Assembly (NCBI GenBank): GCA_028716565.1
Contig: JAQUPL010000005.1
Span: 6,379-70,378 of the forward strand
From: Candidatus Omnitrophota bacterium
Lineage (GTDB): Bacteria > Omnitrophota > Gorgyraeia > Pluralincolimonadales > Pluralincolimonadaceae
Direction: 5' to 3'
Length of the DNA stretch: 64,000 bases
Made by a program: the position numbers and the translations under genes. The notes under the pieces are model-generated. The model made no database searches, was not told the origin of the DNA, and saw only the letters and a program-made list of their open reading frames with translations. Below are positions 12,436 to 22,231 of this stretch, one piece after another. Numbering within the stretch: the stretch's first letter is position 1; every line of letters begins with the position of its first letter.

Positions 12436-14118
12436 ATGCAAAAGGCATGGGAGATGGAATCGTTAGACGACAGCGCCGGCGCCGGACTTGCCGAGGCGCT
12501 GGGTATATCGCCTGTCCTCGCCCGCCTTCTTATAAAAAGAAGCGTAAATAACCCGCAGGAAGCCCGCAGTTTCCTGTCGTGCGGCCTCTCATCGCTCCAT
12601 GACCCTTTCCTTTTCAAGGACATGGAGAAAGCGGCCGCGCGGATAAGGTCCGCCATAGAAAATAAGGAGCGCGTCCTCGTTTACGGCGATTACGACGTCG
12701 ACGGCCTGACAGCCACGGCGCTGTTGTATGCGACGCTGAAGAGATACGGCGTCCACGCGCACAATTATATCCCTGACCGCGTGAAGGAGGGGTACGGCCT
12801 TAATCTCGAAGCGCTTGAGAACGCGCGTAAGGACGGCGCAAAACTTGTCATTGCGGTCGATTGCGGTATCACGGCCGCCGAAGAGATAGGTTTCTTAAAT
12901 AAACATCGCATCGACTCCATAATCCTCGACCACCATCAGCCCGTGAAGGGCAACCTGCCGGAGGCATTAGCGATATTGGACCCGTTCGTTCCGGGCTGCC
13001 GTTATCCGTATAAACATCTGGCGAGCGTGGGCCTCGTGTATAAATTAATGCAAGCATTAGGTTGGAGCAGGGAAGAGGACCTCGACTTGGTGGCGCTCGG
13101 GACGATATCGGATGTCGCGCCTCTTACCGGGGAGAACAGGGTGCTCGTAAAACACGGCTTGAAATATCTCGCTAAGACGCAGAGGGCCGGCCTAAGGGCG
13201 CTTATGGAAGTCGCAGGTATAGGAAAGAAGAAAGAATTTTATACCGAGACTGTGGGATTCATCCTGGGGCCGCGGCTGAATGCCTCGGGCAGGATGAATT
13301 CGTCGATGCATTCACTGAAATTGCTCCTGACAGACGATAAAGAAGAGGCGAAAAAACTCGCCGAAGACCTCGATAAGAGCAACCGCGAGCGGCAGGCGAT
13401 GGAAGCGGCGATACTTAAAGAGGCGATATCGAAGGTCGAGCGCGAAGTGAATTTCAAGGAGCACAGGGTGATAGTCCTCCACGGCGATAAATGGCATCCC
13501 GGCGTGATAGGCATAGTCGCCTCGCGCATAGTCGAGAAATTCTACAGGCCGACGATACTGGTCGCGTTCAACGAGAATACGGGCAAGGGGTCGGGGCGCT
13601 CGATACGGAATTTCCATCTCTTCGATGCGCTCTCAAAATGTAAGGAGCACCTGATAGAGTTCGGCGGGCATGAGCACGCGGCCGGCATAACCATCTCGAA
13701 GGAGAATATAGACGCCTTCCGCGACAGCTTGAACGCCGTCGCTCACGAGGTCCTCCAGCCCCTGGACCTGGTCCCGCGTCTCGAGATAGACGCGTGGATA
13801 TCCCTTAAGGATATCACCAGGAAATTCCTCAAAGAATTAGAATTGCTAGAGCCGTTCGGGGTGGGCAACCGCAAGCCGGTATTCGCGGTGAAGGGGCTAT
13901 CGCTTAAAGCGAAGCCGAAGATACTTAACTATAATACGCTGAAGATCTGGGTGACGGACGGGGAACTGACTTACGAGGCGGTCGGTTTCAAGAAAGCCCT
14001 TGATTATAAACTCGATTCCGCCTCGCTGGTCTTCGATCTCGCTTTTACGCCTTTGATCAATGTATGGCAGGGGCAGGAGTCGATACAACTGCAGCTTAAG
14101 GACCTGAAGTTTAATTAA
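12436..14118 (+). CDS. recJ: single-stranded-DNA-specific exonuclease RecJ
   Basis: DHH motifs (YGDYDVDGLT, IILDHHQP), DHHA1 region GGHEHAAG. Confidence 0.9.
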   Translation: MQKAWEMESLDDSAGAGLAEALGISPVLARLLIKRSVNNPQEARSFLSCGLSSLHDPFLFKDMEKAAARIRSAIENKERVLVYGDYDVDGLTATALLYATLKRYGVHAHNYIPDRVKEGYGLNLEALENARKDGAKLVIAVDCGITAAEEIGFLNKHRIDSIILDHHQPVKGNLPEALAILDPFVPGCRYPYKHLASVGLVYKLMQALGWSREEDLDLVALGTISDVAPLTGENRVLVKHGLKYLAKTQRAGLRALMEVAGIGKKKEFYTETVGFILGPRLNASGRMNSSMHSLKLLLTDDKEEAKKLAEDLDKSNRERQAMEAAILKEAISKVEREVNFKEHRVIVLHGDKWHPGVIGIVASRIVEKFYRPTILVAFNENTGKGSGRSIRNFHLFDALSKCKEHLIEFGGHEHAAGITISKENIDAFRDSLNAVAHEVLQPLDLVPRLEIDAWISLKDITRKFLKELELLEPFGVGNRKPVFAVKGLSLKAKPKILNYNTLKIWVTDGELTYEAVGFKKALDYKLDSASLVFDLAFTPLINVWQGQESIQLQLKDLKFN

Positions 14119-14133
14119 ACCCCTTGCGAGGGA

Positions 14134-14361
14134 CTACGCCTTAACTATCTTACCCGACCTGATGCAAGCAGTGCAGACTTTGAGGGTCTTGATGACGCCT
14201 TTCAGATTTACCTTTATCCTCTGTAGATTGGGGGCGAAACGCCTTATGCTTCTGCCCGTTATCTTCTGGCCGACACCGCCGTCCTTCTTGGCCATACCGC
14301 GGCGTTTGATGGCCTTACCTGCCATCTTGCCTTTGCCGCATATATCGCATACCTTTGACAT
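14134..14361 (-). CDS. rpmB: 50S ribosomal protein L28
   Basis: 75 aa, MSKVCDICGKG...RRFAPNL bL28 signature; only minus-strand gene; AGGAGG RBS on minus strand. Confidence 0.85.
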   Translation of the reverse strand: MSKVCDICGKGKMAGKAIKRRGMAKKDGGVGQKITGRSIRRFAPNLQRIKVNLKGVIKTLKVCTACIRSGKIVKA

Positions 14362-14383
14362 GACTTCCTCCTTGAAGTATTAT
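14355..14383 (+). promoter_or_regulatory. candidate promoter TTGACA-17bp-TATTAT for recG, embedded in rpmB 5' end
   Basis: TTGACA 14355-14360, TATTAT 14378-14383; rpmB-recG divergent gap only 33 bp. Confidence 0.35.
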
Positions 14384-14394
14384 TTAGGGGTATA

Positions 14395-16545
14395 ATGATA
14401 ACACAAGCGGGGCAAAACATCAACACCAAAAATCAGCCTTTAAATGAGATCCCGGTGCGGTATGTGAAGGGAGTCGGGCCTGCGAGGGCCGAGATACTCG
14501 CGCGCCTGGATATCGCCACCGTCGAGGACCTTTTATACCATTTCCCGCGCAGGTATGAAGACCGCAGCCATTTCAATTCCATTAATAAAGTCAAGGTGGG
14601 CGATTACGCCACGATAAAAGGGGAAGTGCTTACCGTAGGCCTGCGCCGCGGCAAACCCCGCTTCGGGCGGGGTAAAGTCCTGGCGTTATTCAAGATGGCC
14701 GTGGGTGACGATACCGGCGTCATCTACGCGGTCTGGTTCAACCAGCCGTATATGCAGAAAATGTTCAGATCCGGCGATAAGGTAGTCCTTTACGGGAAGG
14801 TCGAGAGGTACAAAGATATCCAGATAACGAACCCCGAGTTCGAGATAATAAAAGACGACGGCGAGCCCCGCTCTTCCATGGAAGAGCGGGACACGGAACT
14901 GATACACACAGGGAGAATTGTTCCGATATACCCACTGACGGAGGGGATAAGCCAGAGGGGTATGCGCTCGGTCATCAAGAACTTGCTCGACAGGTATCTC
15001 GACGGCGCGGAAGAATTCCTTCCCGCCGGTCTAAGGGCAAGGAATAACCTGCCCGAATTGAAAGAAGCTCTCTTCAATATCCATTTTCCCAGGAGTGAGG
15101 GCCTGCGCAAAACCGCGTATGAGCGCATCGTCTTCGATGAATTTTTCGCCCTGCAGGCCGCGCTCGCGCAGAGGAAGGCCAGGATAAAGGGGTCGGATGA
15201 CGGAGTCGCGCATAAGGTCGGGGGGGAACTCCTGGAATCTTTCAAGGAGGTGATACCGTTCAAGCTGACCGGCGCCCAGGCAAAAGCTATAGCAGACATC
15301 GAGAAGGACATGGCCAGCACGAAGCCGATGAACCGCCTGCTAGAGGGCGACGTCGGCTCCGGAAAGACGATAGTCGCGGCGTATGCGCTCGTACTGACCG
15401 TATCGAACGGCTATCAGGGCGTGCTTATGGCGCCGACCGAGATACTCGCCCAGCAGCATTTCATGAACCTCAACAAATTGCTCAGCCCGCTCGGCATAAA
15501 TATCGTCATACTTACGAACAGCGTCGTAGATGAGGCGCGCGACGAGGCGAAACGCCTCATAGAAGAGGGCCGGGCGAACATAGTGATAGGTACCCACGCC
15601 CTCATCCAGGAAGGTGTCAAATTCAAGGATCTGGGCCTGGCCGCGATAGACGAACAGCATAAGTTCGGCGTCGACCAGCGGGTCCAGTTGAAGCAAAAGG
15701 GCTTTAATCCCGATATGCTTTTCATGACCGCCACGCCCATACCGCGGACTCTCGCGATGACCCTGTACGGCGACCTCGACCTCTCCATACTGGACGAAAT
15801 GCCCAAGGGGCGGATACCTCCGAAAGCCTATTGGGTCGGGGAACAAAGGCGGGAGGGGATATATAAGTTTATCGCACAGGAAGTCGCTGCCGGAAGCCAG
15901 GCGTTCATCGTCTATCCGTTAATAGAAAAGGGCAAGAAAGAAGACCTTAAGGCAGCGGCCGATATGTATGAAAAATTCAAAAAAGAGGTCTTTCCGCAAT
16001 TTAAGGTCGGCTTGGTCCACGGCAGGCTCGATAGCGAAGAGAAAGAACGCGTGATGGCTGATTTCAAATCCGGAAAGGCGCAGATCCTCGTATCGACGAC
16101 GGTCATAGAGGTCGGCATCGATAACCCCAATGTCTCGGTGATGCTCGTCGAAAATCCCGAGAGGTTCGGGTTGAGCCAGCTCCACCAATTGCGGGGTAGG
16201 ATAGGAAGGGGCAACCAGCGCTCTTATTGCATCCTGCTTTCCGATACCGAATCCGAAGAGGCGAAGAAGCGGCTCAAAGCCCTTATCGGCACGACCAGCG
16301 GATTTAATATCGCGGAAGAGGATTTACAACTGCGCGGGCCGGGCCAATTCTTCGGCACAAGACAGCACGGGCTTCCGGAATTGCGCTACGCCAACCTTGT
16401 TGCGAACGTAAAACAGCTTGAGGCAGCGCGCAAGGAGGCATTCGACCTCGTGAGAGGCGATCCCGAGCTTAAGGCGCCCGGGCACAGGAAGATCAGGGAG
16501 ATCATCAGGCGCAAGTTCTCCGGGAAGACGGAGCTCAAGGCATGA
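14395..16545 (+). CDS. recG: ATP-dependent DNA helicase RecG
   Basis: wedge domain, helicase motifs GDVGSGKT, DEQHKFG, C-terminal helicase; start codon sits on a TATAAT-like hexamer, exact start uncertain. Confidence 0.9.
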   Translation: MITQAGQNINTKNQPLNEIPVRYVKGVGPARAEILARLDIATVEDLLYHFPRRYEDRSHFNSINKVKVGDYATIKGEVLTVGLRRGKPRFGRGKVLALFKMAVGDDTGVIYAVWFNQPYMQKMFRSGDKVVLYGKVERYKDIQITNPEFEIIKDDGEPRSSMEERDTELIHTGRIVPIYPLTEGISQRGMRSVIKNLLDRYLDGAEEFLPAGLRARNNLPELKEALFNIHFPRSEGLRKTAYERIVFDEFFALQAALAQRKARIKGSDDGVAHKVGGELLESFKEVIPFKLTGAQAKAIADIEKDMASTKPMNRLLEGDVGSGKTIVAAYALVLTVSNGYQGVLMAPTEILAQQHFMNLNKLLSPLGINIVILTNSVVDEARDEAKRLIEEGRANIVIGTHALIQEGVKFKDLGLAAIDEQHKFGVDQRVQLKQKGFNPDMLFMTATPIPRTLAMTLYGDLDLSILDEMPKGRIPPKAYWVGEQRREGIYKFIAQEVAAGSQAFIVYPLIEKGKKEDLKAAADMYEKFKKEVFPQFKVGLVHGRLDSEEKERVMADFKSGKAQILVSTTVIEVGIDNPNVSVMLVENPERFGLSQLHQLRGRIGRGNQRSYCILLSDTESEEAKKRLKALIGTTSGFNIAEEDLQLRGPGQFFGTRQHGLPELRYANLVANVKQLEAARKEAFDLVRGDPELKAPGHRKIREIIRRKFSGKTELKA

Positions 16546-16546
16546 T

Positions 16547-17128
16547 ATGCGTATAACAAGCGGCATCTTCAGGAGCAGGATAATCAAGGCGCCGGGCGGC
16601 ATAAGGCCCACCCTTGATAACGTCCGCAAGGCCATTTTCGATATTCTGGGAGAGGCGGCGGAGGGAGCGGAGGCGCTAGACCTTTTTGCCGGTTCCGGGG
16701 CGATGGGCCTGGAGGCTTTGAGCCGCGGCGCTGCATCCTGCATATTTGTGGACAATAACCGCGCCTCAATAAAGGCGACAAAAGAGAACATAGGCGCCCT
16801 TGTCCCACACTTTCATGAAAGTGTGGGACAAGGCCCGGGCCGAACCGAGGTCATTTTCGCGGATTCTTTGGCAGCTATACAGAGGCTTGCCCGGAATAAT
16901 GCCAAATTTGACATTATCTTCATGGACCCGCCTTATTATAAGGAGATCGCCAAAAAAACCTTGTCATTACTGGCCGATTGTGATATATTATCCGAAACTG
17001 GCGTAGCGGTTATAGAGCATTCCAAGCATGACCTGTTACCCGATTCAAGCGGGGGTCTGAGGCTCTTTCGTACCGCAAGGTACGGCGACACGCTGGTTTC
17101 TTTTTACTGTAAGGGCCAAACCAAATAA
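16547..17128 (+). CDS. rsmD: 16S rRNA (guanine966-N2)-methyltransferase RsmD
   Basis: LDLFAGSGAMGLEALSRGA SAM motif, DPPY motif; contains an in-frame 36-bp palindrome (see repeat). Confidence 0.88.
   Translation: MRITSGIFRSRIIKAPGGIRPTLDNVRKAIFDILGEAAEGAEALDLFAGSGAMGLEALSRGAASCIFVDNNRASIKATKENIGALVPHFHESVGQGPGRTEVIFADSLAAIQRLARNNAKFDIIFMDPPYYKEIAKKTLSLLADCDILSETGVAVIEHSKHDLLPDSSGGLRLFRTARYGDTLVSFYCKGQTK
16798..16833. repeat. perfect 36-bp palindrome CCTTGTCCCACACTTTCATGAAAGTGTGGGACAAGG inside rsmD
   Basis: sequence equals its own reverse complement; encodes LVPHFHESVGQG, an insertion relative to E. coli RsmD. Confidence 0.9.
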
Positions 17129-17607
17129 TGAAGAGAAAAGCGGTCTACCCGGGGACTTTCGACCCCGTAACCTACGGCCACATAGACCTTATAAAGAGAG
17201 CGCTCAAGATCTTTGATACCGTTATAATCGCGGTCGCGCACAACGCGGAAAAAGAACCCCTCTTCAGCGTGGATGAGAGGATAGCGATGCTCAAGAAGGC
17301 GACCAGGGGCATGAGGGGCGTTGTCATTGAGGATTTCGGCGGCCTGGCCGTCGATTACGTAAGGGGCAAGGGCTCAAGGGTCATGATCCGGGGTATGAGG
17401 ATGCTGTCGGATTTCGAATACGAGTTCCAGATGGCCTTGACCAACAGGAAACTGGCCCAGGATATCGAGACGATATTCATGATGCCCTCCGAATCCTATT
17501 CTTACCTTTCGTCAAAACTTATAAAGGAAGCGTTCGCGCTCGGGGCCGACGTAAAGAGCTTTGTCCCGCCTTTCGTCGCCAAGGCGCTGGCGCAAAAATC
17601 AAGATGA
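17128..17607 (+). CDS. coaD: phosphopantetheine adenylyltransferase
   Basis: YPGTFDPVTYGHIDLI nucleotidyltransferase HxGH motif; 159 aa. Confidence 0.92.
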   Translation: MKRKAVYPGTFDPVTYGHIDLIKRALKIFDTVIIAVAHNAEKEPLFSVDERIAMLKKATRGMRGVVIEDFGGLAVDYVRGKGSRVMIRGMRMLSDFEYEFQMALTNRKLAQDIETIFMMPSESYSYLSSKLIKEAFALGADVKSFVPPFVAKALAQKSR

Positions 17608-18050
17608 AGATAAAGATAAACGATATCCCGAATGAAGGGCTCGCTATCGAGGAGAAGCAAAACGCCTCGGAATTGGACCTGGCGAGGGACGACCTGAAAT
17701 TCGTCACGCCGGTATCCCTTTCCGTTTTTATAGGCAGGGATAAGGACGAGGCATACGCGCATGTCTCCGCGAGCGGCAAGATCGAGGCGGTATGCAGCCG
17801 CTGCCTTTCTTCCTACACCATAGATTTCAAAAAGGATTTCGATTTCAGTTATGACTTAAAGGGCAAGACGACCCTGGACCTCACCGACGATATACGCTCG
17901 GAGATAATACTTGAATACCCTGTCAAGCCGTTATGCAAGGACGGCTGCAAGGGACTCTGCCAGGTCTGCGGCAAGAACTTGAACGAGGGCAGCTGCGGCC
18001 ACAAGACAGACGTGCAGAAATGGAACCGTATAGAGAAAAGCGGCAACTAA
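17604..18050 (+). CDS. yceD: YceD/DUF177 family protein (23S rRNA accumulation protein)
   Basis: C-terminal CxxC...CxxC pairs, position immediately upstream of rpmF as in many bacteria. Confidence 0.75.
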   Translation: MKIKINDIPNEGLAIEEKQNASELDLARDDLKFVTPVSLSVFIGRDKDEAYAHVSASGKIEAVCSRCLSSYTIDFKKDFDFSYDLKGKTTLDLTDDIRSEIILEYPVKPLCKDGCKGLCQVCGKNLNEGSCGHKTDVQKWNRIEKSGN

Positions 18051-18065
18051 AGAAGGAGTAAATAA

Positions 18066-18263
18066 ATGGCATTACCAAAAAGAAAACATTCCAAAATGAG
18101 GCGCGATAAATCGCGCACGCACCAAGTGCTGGCTACCCCCGAGGTCACTAAATGCCCGCAATGTTTCGCGCCCGTAAGACCGCATCAGATATGCCCGAGC
18201 TGCGGATACTATAAGGGGCGCAAGGTCATCAACATCAAGACTAAGGAAGTGAAGAAGAAATGA
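18066..18263 (+). CDS. rpmF: 50S ribosomal protein L32
   Basis: MALPKRKHSKMRRDKSR bL32 N-terminus, CPxC...CPSC zinc ribbon. Confidence 0.9.
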   Translation: MALPKRKHSKMRRDKSRTHQVLATPEVTKCPQCFAPVRPHQICPSCGYYKGRKVINIKTKEVKKK

Positions 18264-19252
18264 GGATAGCCGTTGACGGTATGGGAGGGGATTACGCGCC
18301 GAAGGTAGTAGTCGAGGGCGCGATCCTTGCCGCTACAGAATATGGTTTTGAGGTCGTGATAGTCGGAGACAAGGCAAGGATAGACGAGGAGCTTTCGAAG
18401 GCCGGCTCAGTCCCGACCGGAGTCACGGTACACCATGCCTCCGAAGTGATCGGGATGGACGAGCCCGGTGCGACAAGCGCGCGCAACAAGAAAGACTCTT
18501 CGATATGCGTAGCGACCGACCTGGTCAAAGAAGGCAAGGCCGACGCGGTCGTCTCAGCCGGCAATACGGCGGCTTTTGTCAGCGCCGCTATAATGTCGTT
18601 AAGGCGCCTTCCGGGCGTCGAGCGGCCCGGGATCGCGGTCCTGCTTCCTTCCATGAAAGGGCCGATCGTGATGATAGACTGCGGCGCGACGATAAATCCG
18701 GAACCCTCGCATCTCATGGGCTTCGGCCTTATGGGTGATGTCTATGTCAGGCATATATTGGGGAAGAAAAACCCGTCGATCGGGCTTTTGAATATAGGCG
18801 AGGAATCGAACAAGGGCCCGGATTTCCTGAAGGAGACTCACCTGCTGCTCGAATCGAGCAAGCTTAATTTCCAGGGCAACGCCGAAGGAAGGGATATATT
18901 CGCAGGGAAATTCGACGTAATCGTTTGCGACGGCTACACCGGCAATGTCGTCCTGAAAGTCGCCGAATCCATAGCCAGCACAATAGGCTCATTCATAAAA
19001 GACGAACTCAAGAGAGACCCGCTCAGGATACTCGGCGGGCTGCTTACCGCCTCGGCGTTCACGGCTGTCAAGAGGCAGATGGATTACGCCGAGCATGGCG
19101 GAGCGCCGTTACTCGGGGTCAACGGCATCTGCATCATAAGCCACGGTCGTTCTTCGGCGAAAGCCATAAAGAACGCGATCAGGGTGGCGGGCGCGTTCGT
19201 CGAACATCAAGTCAACCAGCATATCCTCGAGTCAGTCAAAAAAATTTCATGA
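18260..19252 (+). CDS. plsX: phosphate acyltransferase PlsX
   Basis: MRIAVDGMGGDYAP N-terminus diagnostic of PlsX; rpmF-plsX-fabH synteny. Confidence 0.92.
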   Translation: MRIAVDGMGGDYAPKVVVEGAILAATEYGFEVVIVGDKARIDEELSKAGSVPTGVTVHHASEVIGMDEPGATSARNKKDSSICVATDLVKEGKADAVVSAGNTAAFVSAAIMSLRRLPGVERPGIAVLLPSMKGPIVMIDCGATINPEPSHLMGFGLMGDVYVRHILGKKNPSIGLLNIGEESNKGPDFLKETHLLLESSKLNFQGNAEGRDIFAGKFDVIVCDGYTGNVVLKVAESIASTIGSFIKDELKRDPLRILGGLLTASAFTAVKRQMDYAEHGGAPLLGVNGICIISHGRSSAKAIKNAIRVAGAFVEHQVNQHILESVKKIS

Positions 19253-20262
19253 CACCAAAATCCAAAACAACAAAAAAACACACAGGGATAACCGCCGGGA
19301 TCACCGGCCTGGGCGCTTATCTTCCCAAGAAGGTCCTGACCAACGCCGACCTCGAAAAGCTGGTCGATACCTCGGATGAGTGGATAAGGACGCGCACCGG
19401 CATATCCGAGCGCAGGATAGCCGACGAGAAAGAAGTTACGTCCGACCTGGCGGCCAACGCCGCGAGGATGGCATTGAAGGACGCAAAACTCGAGATCAAG
19501 GATGTGGAACTTATCATATTGGCGTCCATCTCCCCTGATATGCCTTTTCCCGCGACGAGCTGCATCGTCCAGGCGAAACTGGGCGCGGTAAACGCGGCCT
19601 GTTTCGATATCAACGCAGCGTGTTCCGGCTTTATACATGAATTGGCGATAGCCCAGCAGTTCGTCGAAAGCGGTATGTACAAGAACGTGCTCGTTATCGG
19701 CGCGGAATTGCTTTCGCGTTTTACGGACTGGAAGGACCGTAATACATGCGTCCTGTTCGGCGACGGCGCCGGGGCGGCGGTAATAGCGCCCGTAAGATCA
19801 GGAGGCATTATCTCTTCCTATCTGGGGGCCGACGGCACAAAGAGCCAGCTTTTGATGTGCCCGGCAGGCGGGTCGGTCCATCCGGCCTCGCACAAGACCG
19901 TCACCGAAGGCATGCATTTCCTTAAGATGCAGGGCAACGATGTATTCAAAAATGCGGTGCGCGTCATGACCGACGCGTGCTCAAAGGTCCTGCATAGGTC
20001 CGGGTTAACCGCGAAAGACATAGATTGCGTCATACCGCACCAGGCGAACATAAGGATAATAGAGGCGGTATTAGAGCGCGTGAAGATACCGATGGAGAAG
20101 GTCTTCGTGAATGTCGACAGGTACGGCAATATGTCGGCCGCTTCCGCTATCGTCGCCCTTTTCGAGGCGGTCAAGGAAGGCCGCGTCAAAAAAGGAGACA
20201 AGGTCCTTTTGGTGGCTTTCGGCAGCGGTTTCGTATGGGGCTCTTGCATAATAGAATGGTAG
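19249..20262 (+). CDS. fabH: 3-oxoacyl-ACP synthase III
   Basis: ITGLGAYLP, active-site Cys in AACSGF, H/N in C-terminal half; ATGA overlap with plsX stop; longer ORF-track start 18925 rejected. Confidence 0.9.
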   Translation: MTPKSKTTKKHTGITAGITGLGAYLPKKVLTNADLEKLVDTSDEWIRTRTGISERRIADEKEVTSDLAANAARMALKDAKLEIKDVELIILASISPDMPFPATSCIVQAKLGAVNAACFDINAACSGFIHELAIAQQFVESGMYKNVLVIGAELLSRFTDWKDRNTCVLFGDGAGAAVIAPVRSGGIISSYLGADGTKSQLLMCPAGGSVHPASHKTVTEGMHFLKMQGNDVFKNAVRVMTDACSKVLHRSGLTAKDIDCVIPHQANIRIIEAVLERVKIPMEKVFVNVDRYGNMSAASAIVALFEAVKEGRVKKGDKVLLVAFGSGFVWGSCIIEW

Positions 20263-21194
20263 ACTTCGCTCTAATCTTCCCCGGCCAGGGCGCCCAGTAT
20301 GTCGGCATGGGCCGGGACTTATACCAACAGTTTCCCGCCGCTAAAGTCATATTCGAAAAAGCAAACTATATATTAGGTTTCGATATAACAAAACTCTGTT
20401 TCGAAGGGCCGAAGGAAGAATTGACGCGCACGGATATCTGCCAGCCGGCGATATTGACGGCGTCTATTGCGGCCCTGAGGGCGCTTGAATCGGCATCGCC
20501 GCTTTCCGGGCAGCTCCTCCCGAAAGCCGCGCTCGGGTTGAGCCTGGGGGAATACACGGCGCTTGTCGCCGCGGGCTCGCTCGCGTTCGAGGACGCGGTC
20601 GCGATCGTGAGGAAACGCGGGCAATTCATGGAAGAAGCTTCGCGCCGGAATCCCGGCATCATGGCCTCGGTAATAGGCCTTTCCCTCGAAGAGGCCAAAA
20701 AAGTATGCGCTGAGACAGGCGCGGAGATAGCCAACCTTAATTCCCCGGGCCAGATAGTCATCTCAGGGGCCAAAGAAAGGGTCGAGGCCGCCTCGAACCT
20801 CGCTAAAGAAAGGGGCGCCAGGAAGGTCATACCTCTCGATGTAAGCGGCGCCTTCCACTCTGGGCTGATGGAGCCTGCCGCCCAAAGATTAGAGGCGGAG
20901 GTGGGCAAGGTAGAGATAAGGACGCCGAAGATAAAAGTGGTCACGAACGTCAACGCGGGATACGAATCATCTGCCGATGAGATAAAAGCAAACCTGGTCG
21001 CGCAGGTCAAGTCATCGGTCCTTTGGGAGGATTCGATAAAGTTTTTGGCAGGCCAGGGTATTAAAAGATATATAGAAGTGGGGCCTGGCAAGGTCCTGGC
21101 AGGGCTTTTAAGAAGGATAGACCCGGCGCTCGAGTGCCTGAACGTAGAGACCGCGGCGGACGTCGCAGCAGTTAAAGAAGCGATAGGAGGCTGA
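20256..21194 (+). CDS. fabD: malonyl CoA-ACP transacylase
   Basis: FPGQGAQYVGMG and GLSLGEYTA active-site Ser motif; start ATG 20256 overlapping fabH stop. Confidence 0.9.
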   Translation: MVDFALIFPGQGAQYVGMGRDLYQQFPAAKVIFEKANYILGFDITKLCFEGPKEELTRTDICQPAILTASIAALRALESASPLSGQLLPKAALGLSLGEYTALVAAGSLAFEDAVAIVRKRGQFMEEASRRNPGIMASVIGLSLEEAKKVCAETGAEIANLNSPGQIVISGAKERVEAASNLAKERGARKVIPLDVSGAFHSGLMEPAAQRLEAEVGKVEIRTPKIKVVTNVNAGYESSADEIKANLVAQVKSSVLWEDSIKFLAGQGIKRYIEVGPGKVLAGLLRRIDPALECLNVETAADVAAVKEAIGG

Positions 21195-21195
21195 T

Positions 21196-21936
21196 ATGAT
21201 ATTTAAGGACAGGGTGAGCCTGATAACCGGCGGCGCAAGGGGCATAGGCAAGGAGATAGCCCTGGCATTCGCCAAAGAGGGCTCGGACATCGTCATTTGT
21301 GATGTAAACCAGGAGGCGCTTAACGCCGCCAAGAAGGAGATAGAGGTTCTGGGCCGCAAGGCGGAGACTTTTGTCGTCGACGTCACAAGCCTCTCCCAGG
21401 TCGAGGATATGGTCAATAAGACGCTTGACAAATTTCAGAAAATCGATATACTGATTAACAACGCAGGCATAACCAGGGACGCCCTGATCGTGCGGATGAG
21501 CGAACAGGATTTCGACTCCGTAATCGCCGTAAACCTAAAGGGCACCTTCAATTGCACGAAGGCGCTTGCCAAGGTTATGATGAAGCAGAGGTACGGAAAG
21601 ATAGTGTCGATCGCTTCGATAATCGGCATCATGGGCAACGCCGGACAGGCCAATTACGCGGCCTCGAAAGCCGGAATAATAGGGATAACAAAGAGCGTCG
21701 CAAAGGAACTGGCATCGAGGAACGTCAATGTCAACGCGATAGCTCCGGGCTTCATCGAAACGGACATGACTGCCAAGTTGCCTGAGAACGTCAAGTCCCA
21801 GATGTTGTCCTACATCCCTTTAAATAGATTCGGGAAGGCAAGCGACGTAGCGCAACTGGCTATGTTTTTGGCATCTGACGCGTCGTCATACATAACAGGA
21901 CAGGTAATCAAGATTGACGGCGGAATGGTCATGTAG
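21196..21936 (+). CDS. fabG: 3-oxoacyl-ACP reductase
   Basis: [12 protein letters not shown] Rossmann motif, YAASKAG catalytic motif (SDR). Confidence 0.92.
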   Translation: MIFKDRVSLITGGARGIGKEIALAFAKEGSDIVICDVNQEALNAAKKEIEVLGRKAETFVVDVTSLSQVEDMVNKTLDKFQKIDILINNAGITRDALIVRMSEQDFDSVIAVNLKGTFNCTKALAKVMMKQRYGKIVSIASIIGIMGNAGQANYAASKAGIIGITKSVAKELASRNVNVNAIAPGFIETDMTAKLPENVKSQMLSYIPLNRFGKASDVAQLAMFLASDASSYITGQVIKIDGGMVM

Positions 21937-21958
21937 TCAACCCAAAAAGGAGGAGTAC

Positions 21959-22201
21959 ATGTCGGCTGTAGCGGATAAAGTAAGAGAGATCATAGCGAAA
22001 CAATTAGGCGTAAAACTTGAAGAAGTCACCCCCCAGGCGACGTTCATCGACGACCTGGGCGCGGATTCGCTTGATACGGTAGAGATAGTAATGGCCCTCG
22101 AAGAGGAGTTCAAGGCCGAGATACCTGACGAAGACGCAGAGAAGATGAAGACCGTCGGCGAGGCCATCAAGTATATAGAAGAAAGGGCGGGCAAGGCCTA
22201 A
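21959..22201 (+). CDS. acpP: acyl carrier protein
   Basis: [11 protein letters not shown] phosphopantetheine attachment motif; AGGAGG RBS; start ATG 21959 (ORF-track 21914 rejected). Confidence 0.92.
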   Translation: MSAVADKVREIIAKQLGVKLEEVTPQATFIDDLGADSLDTVEIVMALEEEFKAEIPDEDAEKMKTVGEAIKYIEERAGKA

Positions 22202-22231
22202 CCCCACAAGGGGGTAGTCCTTAAGTTTTTT

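Noticed and set aside
14119-14133. Possible bidirectional terminator between convergent recJ and rpmB (CCCT-TGCG-AGGG)
   Set aside because: Only a 4-bp stem and no T-tract on either strand; too weak to call.
14162-14395. 77-aa + strand ORF
   Set aside because: Exactly antisense to rpmB (bL28), which has a clear ribosomal-protein signature; spurious.
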